A stretch of 64,000 nucleotides of DNA from Nitrospirota bacterium (GTDB taxonomy: Bacteria > Nitrospirota > UBA9217). Positions 32,184-39,969 of the stretch are shown here, piece after piece. The stretch covers positions 64,001 through 128,000 of the forward strand of contig CAVWHO010000010.1 in the NCBI GenBank assembly GCA_963754875.1. The letters run 5' to 3'. The stretch's first letter is position 1. Each line of letters begins with the position of its first letter. The translations under genes and the position numbers were made by a program. Under the pieces are notes generated by a model. The model worked only from the letters and a program-made list of their open reading frames with translations. It was not told where the DNA came from and searched no databases.

Positions 32184-33439
32184 CCAGCCCAACCTTGCTC
32201 ATACTGGTACCCGCAACCCTGATACTCATATTCGCCGCCTATGCGCTCTGGAGTGTAACGCGCCATTTTCGGCGCAAACTCGGCATCAAGGCTGAGGAGC
32301 GCGAGAAGACTACCGACACCACCTTCATCATCAATGCCTTTCAGGATGTTACTCGACAGCTCAAAGAAAAAGAAAAAGAACTTCATCGGCTCAAGGCATT
32401 TGCCGAACAGCGTGCCGAGAACGTTGAAAGCTACAATGAAAACATTCTTCAGTGCGTTACGAGCGGAGTCATGTCCTTCGACGTTCAGTGCCGGCTGCTC
32501 ACGATCAATCGCGCTGCCGAGGAGACGCTCTCCCTCGACCACGACCGGGTGATGGGCAAAACCTGCCAAGACCTCTTCGGCGACGGCGATATCACCGAAA
32601 CAATCCGCGGCACGCTCGAACGAAAAATCCCCTCGGCCCGCATGGAGGCTATGCTCGACCGTGACGGCAACCGGCTCTGGCTCGGTTACAATACGGCTGT
32701 GCTCACCGACAGGCATAATGCTGCGATCGGTGTGATCCTTTCTTTTACGGACCTCACCGAAGTTAAACGGCTGCAGGAACAGGTGGAACTCAGGGAGCGG
32801 CTGACGGCGCTGGGCGAGATGTCCGCCGGCATCGCCCATGAACTGCGGAACCCCATGGCAGTCATCTCCGGCTATCTCAACCTTCTCGCTAAAAGGACCG
32901 ACCCCGTCGGACAGGACGTGATCCGGAAAATCACCGATGAAATCAACGGAATGAACCGGATCATCAGTGATCTTTTGACGTTTGCGCGGCCCGCATCGTT
33001 GAACCGGGTGAGCGTCAGCAGCAAAGAACTGATCGAGAGCTGTCTTGCAGCAGTGATCAAGGCCAAGGATATCGGGCCCCGCATCAAAACTTCTCTGGAG
33101 CTTGCCGACGTCCGGATATCGTGCGATGAAGTGCTCATGCGCCAGGCATTGAGCAACCTGATCCAGAACGCAATCGAGTCAATGCAGGACGGAGGCACCC
33201 TTGCTGTCGAATGCAAAAGCGGTAAAGACCTGAAAATCGGCATTCATGATACGGGGACCGGCATCCCCGCCGATGGGCTGAAAAAAATATTCCTCCCTTT
33301 CTACACCACAAAGGACTCGGGTGTGGGCTTGGGGCTCGCTCTTGTGCACAAAATCATAACTTCTCACGGCGGGAGGATCGACGTGGAGAGTAAAGAAGGA
33401 CAGGGGACCACATTCACGGTGCTGCTTCCGCTGAGGTAG
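32180..33439 (+). CDS. PAS sensor histidine kinase
   Basis: One TM helix, PAS, AGIAHELRNP, HATPase boxes; ATGA overlap with pilD. Confidence 0.92.
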   Translation: MTSPTLLILVPATLILIFAAYALWSVTRHFRRKLGIKAEEREKTTDTTFIINAFQDVTRQLKEKEKELHRLKAFAEQRAENVESYNENILQCVTSGVMSFDVQCRLLTINRAAEETLSLDHDRVMGKTCQDLFGDGDITETIRGTLERKIPSARMEAMLDRDGNRLWLGYNTAVLTDRHNAAIGVILSFTDLTEVKRLQEQVELRERLTALGEMSAGIAHELRNPMAVISGYLNLLAKRTDPVGQDVIRKITDEINGMNRIISDLLTFARPASLNRVSVSSKELIESCLAAVIKAKDIGPRIKTSLELADVRISCDEVLMRQALSNLIQNAIESMQDGGTLAVECKSGKDLKIGIHDTGTGIPADGLKKIFLPFYTTKDSGVGLGLALVHKIITSHGGRIDVESKEGQGTTFTVLLPLR

Positions 33440-33446
33440 CTTGACT

Positions 33447-34832
33447 ATGGCTGATACGATACTGGTCATCGAAGATAAGGACAGCATGCTCGACATGCTG
33501 AAGCAAACGCTTGAAGCCGAAGGCTATCAGGTGATCCCTGCCAGGGACGGCAGTGAAGGGATCAAGAAGCTTTCCGATGAGCGAATCGGCCTTGTACTTA
33601 CGGACCTCAAACTTCCCAAAAAGGACGGGTTCGACGTTTTGAGGGCCGTGAAGCGGGAAACCCCCCTTCTTCCGGTCATCGTCATGACTGCTTTCGGCAC
33701 GATCGAAACGGCAGTGCGGGCGGTCAAGGATGGTGCATATGATTTTTTGACCAAACCCTTCGATACCGACCACTTGCTCGTTCTCATCAAGCGGGCGCTC
33801 GACACGACCCGCCTCGCGGCAGAGAACATCCTGCTCAAAGAAGAGTTCGCAGAAAAGCTGGGCATGCCGAAGATCATCGGCAAGAGCATCCAGATGCAGG
33901 AGATAACGTTCAATATCCAGAAAGCGGCACCGACCAACGCGACGGTCCTGATCCACGGCGAAAGCGGCACGGGCAAGGAGCTTTTCGCGCGTGCGATCCA
34001 TTACCTGAGCAATCGCAAGGAAGCGCCGTTCATCGCCATCAATTCCGCGGCTATCCCGCGGGAACTGCTTGAAAGCGAATTGTTCGGCTACGAACGGGGA
34101 GCATTCACGGGGGCCGACGCCCGGAAGCTCGGAAAGCTCGAACTCGCGGACAAGGGGACGGTTTTCCTCGACGAGATCGGCGACATGGACCTGGCACTCC
34201 AGGCCAAGCTGCTTCGCGTGCTGCAGGAACACGTGATCGAGCGCGTAGGAGGAGGAAAACCGATCAGGATCGATGTCCGGGTCGTTGCGGCGACGAACAA
34301 GGACCTCGTTAAAGCAGTGGCGGCAAAGGAGTTCCGCGAAGACCTGTTTTATCGTTTGAATGTGTTCCCGATTACGATCCCTCCGCTGCGGGACCGCAGG
34401 GACGATATCCCTGCGCTGGCAAATAATTTTTTGAACAAGTATTCCGCTGAAGTGCGAAAGGGCCCGCTCACGATCTCCGATGATGCCATGGACATACTGA
34501 TGAAGTCCCCCTGGAAAGGCAATGTGCGGGAGCTGGAGAATGTCATCGAACGGGCCGTGATCTATGCAGACGGCGGCATCATCCGCTCCCAGGACCTCGG
34601 CATCAGTGAAACGAACATTATCGACGCTCTCGCAGAAAACGTACCCATGGACGGCCCGCTCCAGGAGGTCGCCGCGGCCGCAACGCGCATTGCCGAGTCG
34701 CGCAGGATCAGGCAGGTGCTCAAACAGACCGGCGGGAATAAGACCCGGGCCGCGGAGATTCTCCAGGTGAGCTACAAAACGCTGCTTACCAAGATCAAGG
34801 ATTACCAGCTGGAAGGGAAGGCGGAGAGCTGA
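33447..34832 (+). CDS. Sigma54-dependent response regulator
   Basis: Receiver, GESGTGKE, GAFTGA, Fis HTH. Confidence 0.95.
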   Translation: MADTILVIEDKDSMLDMLKQTLEAEGYQVIPARDGSEGIKKLSDERIGLVLTDLKLPKKDGFDVLRAVKRETPLLPVIVMTAFGTIETAVRAVKDGAYDFLTKPFDTDHLLVLIKRALDTTRLAAENILLKEEFAEKLGMPKIIGKSIQMQEITFNIQKAAPTNATVLIHGESGTGKELFARAIHYLSNRKEAPFIAINSAAIPRELLESELFGYERGAFTGADARKLGKLELADKGTVFLDEIGDMDLALQAKLLRVLQEHVIERVGGGKPIRIDVRVVAATNKDLVKAVAAKEFREDLFYRLNVFPITIPPLRDRRDDIPALANNFLNKYSAEVRKGPLTISDDAMDILMKSPWKGNVRELENVIERAVIYADGGIIRSQDLGISETNIIDALAENVPMDGPLQEVAAAATRIAESRRIRQVLKQTGGNKTRAAEILQVSYKTLLTKIKDYQLEGKAES

Positions 34833-34936
34833 CAATACGACGTACTTTCTCTTTACAATTCAACGCATTTATTGTACCTTCAGACATATTTTGTACTCCA
34901 ATCCTTACCGCTGCCTGGAGGACATCCCTCGACGCC

Positions 34937-35287
34937 ATGTCCACGAATTTCAACGATATCAAGCAAAAGATCATCTCCTTCCGGAACGAGCGCGACTGGG
35001 CGCAATTCCACGATCCCAAGAACCTTGCTGAAGCCCTTTCCATCGAAGCGGGGGAGCTGCTGGAAAACTTTCTCTGGAAGACGACCGAGCAGTCCCGCAA
35101 TCTCACAGCAGAAGAACTAAAGAACGTAAAAGAGGAACTGGCAGACATTTTTATTTTTCTTACATATCTTAGTGAGGAGTACAAAATCGATTTGCTGAAG
35201 GAAGTGGAAAGTAAAATCGCGGTGAATGAAGTGAAGTATCCTGTGGAGAAGGCAAGAGGATCGAACAAAAAGTATATGCAGCTGTAA
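34937..35287 (+). CDS. MazG-like nucleotide pyrophosphohydrolase (dCTPase-like)
   Basis: FRNERDWAQFHDPKNLAEALSIEAGELLE, EELADI, KYP...KY. Confidence 0.9.
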   Translation: MSTNFNDIKQKIISFRNERDWAQFHDPKNLAEALSIEAGELLENFLWKTTEQSRNLTAEELKNVKEELADIFIFLTYLSEEYKIDLLKEVESKIAVNEVKYPVEKARGSNKKYMQL

Positions 35288-35308
35288 ACGGACAAAGGAG
35301 CGCTTTTT

Positions 35309-35730
35309 GTGAAGCAGGTCGTCATTGAAAATCCAGTCATCAACTCGCCTTATGACGAGCCGAAGCGCCACTTCAAGTTTACTGAAGAGGGCATCACCGA
35401 CGAGATTATTGAAGGCATACGCAGGCCGAGTTCCTATTTCGCCCTTTATCCTCTCCCCTGGTGGGAGAAGATAAAGGTGAGGGGGAAATTGCTTCTCATG
35501 CGGGGGATAGTTTGCTAAATCTTATCGTCGAAGTCACCGGCGAGCACAAGAAAGACAAAGCCGCGAAGGTCTCGACCGCGAACACTCTCTGGATTCCCGC
35601 AATCAATAACCACGAAGGATTCGGCAGGTGGTCGTTCATTGAGATCACCGACCCGTGGAACGCGAAGAATGAGATACGGGGACGCTTGCAGGATAAAGCA
35701 AGGCAGGACAAAAAAGAAAACCCCACTTAA
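35309..35730 (+). pseudogene. Type III-like restriction endonuclease (Res, BPTD_3080-type) collapsed to N- and C-terminal fragments
   Basis: N-terminal IENPVINSPYDEPKRHF...RRPSSYF joined out of frame to C-terminal LNLIVEVTG...WIPAINNHEGFGRW; helicase core absent. Confidence 0.75.
35443..35485. repeat. REP-like palindromic element at the res deletion junction
   Basis: CCTTTATC-c-TCTCCC-ctggt-GGGAGA-a-GATAAAGG followed by TGAGGGGG. Confidence 0.65.
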
Positions 35731-35918
35731 TCTACATGAGCATCCGACACACCGCGTCGGACTTCGATTAAGCAGGGTTTAAATGCGACCGCCCCGACTA
35801 CTCTTGCGAGAGAGCCCCGTGGGCACTTATCATCGGCGCGGAACCTTTAATGAGGACACAAATTAATAGATCAACGCAGAGCCTTGACCCAACTCCTTAT
35901 GCACTTGGCATATGAGAT
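35710..35918 (-). ncRNA. Candidate ~210-nt structured non-coding RNA
   Basis: Consensus promoter upstream, no ORF, four stem-loop domains whose G-U pairs work only on the minus strand, 15-bp terminal stem followed by UCUUUUUU. Confidence 0.65.
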
Positions 35919-35924
35919 GCTTTG

Positions 35925-35952
35925 ATTATAAACGATATGGATAACTTGTCAA
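35925..35952 (-). promoter_or_regulatory. Consensus sigma70 promoter driving the candidate ncRNA
   Basis: Minus strand TTGACA-16 bp-TATAAT, both hexamers perfect. Confidence 0.75.
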
Positions 35953-36027
35953 TAACTAAGAGAGCCAGAGTTTCGTCTTATTTTCTACTCGTAATACGCT
36001 GAAAATTTTAGAAAATCATTTATATTT

Positions 36028-36059
36028 CCAATTATGAGCCTTATGGTGTACATAATTGG
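36028..36059. promoter_or_regulatory. Inverted repeat between divergent promoters, possible operator
   Basis: CCAATTATG-14 nt-CATAATTGG perfect 9-bp inverted repeat. Confidence 0.4.
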
Positions 36060-36094
36060 GAAACGGTCAGCACTGACATTGACATTTAAAGGAC

Positions 36095-36123
36095 TTGACA
36101 AAATATGATAAATTTCATAATAT
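36095..36123 (+). promoter_or_regulatory. Sigma70 promoter for leader RNA and NYN gene
   Basis: TTGACA-17 bp-TAATAT in AT-rich context. Confidence 0.55.
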
Positions 36124-36188
36124 TAGATCAGGAACAGAGCACATACATAAATAAGCCACTCTTCGCGGGAATCTTTGACGAATTATCT

Positions 36189-36236
36189 ACCCCCCGTTCG
36201 ATCAGCCGAAAGGCCTCGGGCGGGGTTATTTTTTTG
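36189..36236 (+). ncRNA. GNRA-capped leader hairpin/terminator directly upstream of the NYN gene
   Basis: ACCCC(cc)GTTCGA-tca-GCC-GAAA-GGC-c-TCGGGCGGGGT then TATTTTTTT, then GGAGG RBS. Confidence 0.55.
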
Positions 36237-36249
36237 TCCGGAGGTTCGT

Positions 36250-36852
36250 ATGCCCGCTGAACCGGGAGTGAAGCGTACCGTCGTCTTCATAGACGGACAG
36301 AATCTGTTTTATGCTGTCAAGCATGCCTTCGGATATATCTATCCGAATTTTGACGCCATTTGCCTTGCTAAAAGTATCTGCGAAAAACAAGGATGGCAGC
36401 TCACCCAGACCCGTTTCTATACGGGAATTCCCAGCTCTGAAGATAAACCTTTCTGGAATAGCTTCTGGGCCGCGAAGCTTGCCGTAATGGGCAGCAGACC
36501 GGCCGTTCACGTCTTTACCCGGCCACTCCGATATCGAAATCAAACGATCTTACTCCCGGACGGGCAAACGGACGAATTCTATCTTGAGAAAGTGAAGAAA
36601 ATATATAAGAAAGAACTGGCAGCAGCAGATGTGAAAGACATCAAGCTTCAAGGAAAAGATCAATTATGTAAACGTATAGAAAGATTCTTTGAATCGCAAG
36701 GTCTTGTTTTTAATAAGGGCTCCGTAGCAAAAGAAATCCGTTCTACTTTGAGTAGAATGAAAAGCCTAGATGATCTACCTAAAGAGACTCAGGAACGCGC
36801 TAAAAAATTAATCAAGGCTGTCACGGACGCATATCCCAAAGGTGATGATTAA
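36250..36852 (+). pseudogene. In-frame chimera: NYN (LabA/DUF88) RNase N-half fused near 36570 to an unrelated AT-rich C-terminus (possibly OLD/TOPRIM-type nuclease)
   Basis: VFIDGQNLF, RFYTG, RPLRYR motifs; EKGxD and SxDxD motifs missing; composition shifts to AT-rich after the junction. Confidence 0.65.
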
Positions 36853-36853
36853 T

Positions 36854-37135
36854 ATGCTGCCGAAAAAGAAATCGAATAGCACCCCCCCCATCGACACCGT
36901 CAAGCACAAAGACAAGCGGGTGAACATCCCGACCGAGGAGTTGCGGGACTTTGTGAAAGAGGATGAGGCGAAGCCGAAGACGATCCTCTATCCCCGCGAT
37001 CCGTCGCTGGACCTGCAGCTTGTGTGGAAAGGGAAAGACGAGCAGGATGCGAAGGACCTCGCGGTCCCGGCGGTGCCGGTCTATATTCAGGAAAAGATCC
37101 ATCCCCAGGCAGTAATCGACAAAATGGAGGAGTAA
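36854..37135 (+). pseudogene. N-terminal fragment of type III-like DNA methyltransferase (Mod)
   Basis: KRVNIPTEE, YPRDPSLDLQLVWKGKDEQD, PVYIQEKIHP; catalytic DPPY region absent. Confidence 0.75.
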
Positions 37136-37143
37136 CGCCTATC

Positions 37144-37476
37144 ATGATAAATCGCTCACTTTTGATTGTCAGGGCGAAAGAACCCTTTGTGAAATGGATC
37201 AATTCTCTCCCCGATCCTGCCAAGCTCTCCCGACAACAGGTCGATCGTGACAATACGGCCTACCTTTTGCCGGAGTACGCCCATGACGGCGAACAAGATA
37301 AAATTCTCGTCCAATTCCACGATCAGATTTTTCAGGAACAGTTAAGCGGATGGTGGACGGACGAGAGCGCCTGGCCGTCCAAGCGGGACCTTGTTACTTT
37401 CAAGAAGTGGTTCGATGTGGAATTTCATTCTGCGGTTCTCGATCTCGTTGCTGGGCCGCTCGAAGACGATGAATAA
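37144..37476 (+). CDS. Conserved hypothetical protein
   Basis: GGAGGAG upstream; INRS...KEPFVKWIN...WWTDESAWP...FKKWFDVEFHS pattern. Confidence 0.75.
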   Translation: MINRSLLIVRAKEPFVKWINSLPDPAKLSRQQVDRDNTAYLLPEYAHDGEQDKILVQFHDQIFQEQLSGWWTDESAWPSKRDLVTFKKWFDVEFHSAVLDLVAGPLEDDE

Positions 37477-37540
37477 CTGGCCGTGAAGAGGCGGCAAGGA
37501 CCTGAGAACGGTTCGAAGCGTTTTTTTTAAGGGGAAAAAG

Positions 37541-38599
37541 ATGGTTATTGAGCCGACGATCTCTAATCGGTTTATAAACGAGTATAAGCGGTTTCTGCTC
37601 GCGATTTATCAACCGGAAACCGCGGGCGCTGAGCCGGAAACAATTATAGAGAAGCTGCATGTGGCCAGAAAAAGGTTCATTGCGAATCGCGGTCTGTTGG
37701 ATGAATACCTGAAGACGCTGGAAGAGGGCGTCGAGCCGATTGACCGGGAAATCATGCTCGCGCTGAGAAGCATCGAATATTCTCGCTGGGTGTATGTGCG
37801 CGATCTGAAAAACTATTCGATTTTTCTCAAGGACGGAGGCGGGTGCGGTTACGGCGTGCTCGGCCTGAGGGATGAACTCAATGTTCTCACCGGAGGGCCG
37901 GGGGTTGTTCTGGAGGCGGGCGTATTTGCCTTTGATGATCACTATGTCTGCGACGGGCTGATCGCAAACATGGTTCACCTCGGGCCTAATATGAGAAAGA
38001 GCTGCAACGAGCTGTATAAAGAACTGCGCGAAGCAGGAAGGTTTCAGATAAATCCGTTGCTGCCGCAGACGCCGCCGGATGAACGGCATCAATCGCAGCC
38101 GTCGGTTAGAAGGCGAGGCGTCCTGGCGAGGCCGGACGGGGACCGCAAAACGGGGAATGGTCCCGATACAAGGAAGCAGGCGCGAATCGACGAAGTCGCG
38201 GTCCTTCTTGAGACTTTTTCCCAAACCCACCTTTCACCGGAGCTGGCCGGCTATGTGCGAAAGCTCTGGGAGCAGCTCGGTCGAAAGCGGAACTACGTGA
38301 TCACGGGCGGCGCGAAGGAAGTGTGGGCCGCGGCGGTGGTGTATGTGATCGCCCGGCTGAACTTTCTCTTCGACTCCAAGGACCCAAACTACTTGACTGC
38401 GGACGCTCTAAGCGCTTTCTTCGGGACGAAAAAGACAACCGTGTCCGCGCGCGCCGCTGGTATCGAGAAAGCCTGCCGCATACGCATGGGGCAGGAAGGG
38501 TTGTGCAGTCCGGACCTCGCCGATTCGTTCACGTTCGTCAAACTTTCGAACGGCATGGTAATTCCGAAAAAGATGGCTCGCGAAGCGGGTTTGATTTGA
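37541..38599 (+). CDS. Two-domain hypothetical protein, C-terminal DUF6398-like
   Basis: 352-aa ORF; WAAAVVYVIARLNFLFD...FFGTKKTTV motif. Confidence 0.65.
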   Translation: MVIEPTISNRFINEYKRFLLAIYQPETAGAEPETIIEKLHVARKRFIANRGLLDEYLKTLEEGVEPIDREIMLALRSIEYSRWVYVRDLKNYSIFLKDGGGCGYGVLGLRDELNVLTGGPGVVLEAGVFAFDDHYVCDGLIANMVHLGPNMRKSCNELYKELREAGRFQINPLLPQTPPDERHQSQPSVRRRGVLARPDGDRKTGNGPDTRKQARIDEVAVLLETFSQTHLSPELAGYVRKLWEQLGRKRNYVITGGAKEVWAAAVVYVIARLNFLFDSKDPNYLTADALSAFFGTKKTTVSARAAGIEKACRIRMGQEGLCSPDLADSFTFVKLSNGMVIPKKMAREAGLI

Positions 38600-38621
38600 C
38601 TGAAAAGGACAGCCGTGCGCG

Positions 38622-38996
38622 ATGAGTGTAAATCGAGACGACCTGATCGTACAAATGAAGGAAGCCTCCGCGATATTGCTGGAGGAGAAGGACCATGTCA
38701 GCTTCGTAGATGTCCTCATACGCATGGGGAAACTGGCGAAGGCCGATTACGACGCCTGGCGCTTCGGCCGTGTGCGCAGCCTGGAGGAGCGTATTGCCCT
38801 CAACCTGTCGAAGATCGGTCATACGCTTCGGGAATTCCAACGATACGCGCGGACCCGAGATTTGCGCCCGAGCAAAACAGTCTACCAGTCCTGGGGCAAG
38901 GGGCCGAAAACGCAGCTCCGCTTTTCGAAGCACGGAGATCCGAACATTGAAGCGGCCTATGCCACGCACTTCCTGAAGCCGAAGGAGAGTGAGTGA
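38622..38996 (+). CDS. Conserved hypothetical protein
   Basis: VDVLIRMGKL...WRFGRV..LE...LRFSKHGDPNIEAAYATHF; fits between neighbours. Confidence 0.7.
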   Translation: MSVNRDDLIVQMKEASAILLEEKDHVSFVDVLIRMGKLAKADYDAWRFGRVRSLEERIALNLSKIGHTLREFQRYARTRDLRPSKTVYQSWGKGPKTQLRFSKHGDPNIEAAYATHFLKPKESE

Positions 38997-39397
38997 TGGG
39001 TTTGGCGAAGAGAAACGGGCGGGCGAGAAGGGGAAAGGTGAAGGAGCCGGTCCGCGAAACGCGCATTAACGATGAGATCGTCGTAGACGCCTATGATGCC
39101 TGGGAGCAGGCCATGGGCTGGTATTATTATATGGAGGACACCATCGAGTTCCCCTTCACTGCAATGTGTGTAAAAAAGAGGGCGATCTCGCCGCTGAAGC
39201 TTAAGGAAAAAGTGGATGTCGTCGGCCTGCCTCCGATCGAGATATGTGAACACGAGATGTTCGTCGAAGTAATCTGGAACGGCCGGAAGTTTTCGGTTCC
39301 GCTTGATCAATTGGAGTACGCCGGCCGAGACAATGAGGCTCGTCGGGCCATCGAGGACTGGCATTACTGGGTCAGACAGGGATATCGATTCGGCTGA
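38993..39397 (+). CDS. CcbP-like (calcium-binding protein family) protein
   Basis: EIVVDAYD..EQAMGWYYY...FPFTA...VPLDQL...AIEDWHYW. Confidence 0.75.
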   Translation: MMGLAKRNGRARRGKVKEPVRETRINDEIVVDAYDAWEQAMGWYYYMEDTIEFPFTAMCVKKRAISPLKLKEKVDVVGLPPIEICEHEMFVEVIWNGRKFSVPLDQLEYAGRDNEARRAIEDWHYWVRQGYRFG

Positions 39398-39399
39398 TC

Positions 39400-39822
39400 A
39401 TGAGAGATTACAAGGCAACGGAAAAACGGATCGCGGCGGTTTTCGGGACGGACAACGCGCCTGAAGTCGGCAAAGAAACATTACAGTTTTACCGCGTTTA
39501 TTTGCTTCAGCATGTTGCCGAAGAGACGGTCCTGACCGGGCGTGATGATTTTTTCTGGGAGGAGTTTTACGTATTCGGACCCGGAGACAAGAAAGAATAC
39601 GAGGAACTGAAGAAGACGCGCGCGTCGTATACGGACGACTTTGAATTTATCGATATTTTGAAAAAGACGATTGATGATCATGACCTCATCGCCAGGGTCA
39701 AGCGGCTGTCGGACGGAAAGAAATTTAAAATCGGGCTTTCGTGGCTGACAACGAAGAAGAAAAAGACGGACGCCTACCAGGTACTCGATGATTTTGCCAC
39801 GTGGGTGGTAAATTGCCAATGA
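39400..39822 (+). CDS. Hypothetical protein, possible divergent CcbP-like
   Basis: FFWEEFYVFGPG..EYEELKK...SYTD; C-terminal LDDFATW parallels the upstream gene. Confidence 0.6.
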   Translation: MRDYKATEKRIAAVFGTDNAPEVGKETLQFYRVYLLQHVAEETVLTGRDDFFWEEFYVFGPGDKKEYEELKKTRASYTDDFEFIDILKKTIDDHDLIARVKRLSDGKKFKIGLSWLTTKKKKTDAYQVLDDFATWVVNCQ

Positions 39823-39831
39823 GGAACATTC

Positions 39832-39948
39832 ATGACCGATAAAGAAGGCCCCGGACGAAAGCAACTCAAAGTCGACCTGAACGAATTGGCCTCCGAGATG
39901 GACCAGAGCGACCAGTTCGAGCTGACCGCCTATTTCGATCTGCCTTGA
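39832..39948 (+). pseudogene. Truncated UPF0158-like gene (38 codons)
   Basis: LKVDLNELASEMD...AYFDL then stop; GAGGA RBS. Confidence 0.45.
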
Positions 39949-39969
39949 TCGTTGTTTTATCAGATAACT

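Noticed and set aside
35496..35726. Minus-strand 76-aa ORF downstream of the ncRNA as its toxin partner
   Set aside because: It starts inside the terminator stem, lacks an RBS and is antisense to the res fragment.
35786..35845. Three-way junction containing CCGATGA as a hammerhead ribozyme
   Set aside because: CUGAUGA is imperfect and the GAAA core and NUH cleavage triplet are not in the required positions.
36045..36072. GGTGTACATAA resembling the XerC arm of a dif site
   Set aside because: No TTATGTTAAAT-like XerD arm six bases downstream.
34833..39969. Prophage, ICE or integron
   Set aside because: No integrase, transposase, phage genes, attC-like repeats or flanking direct repeats detected by eye.
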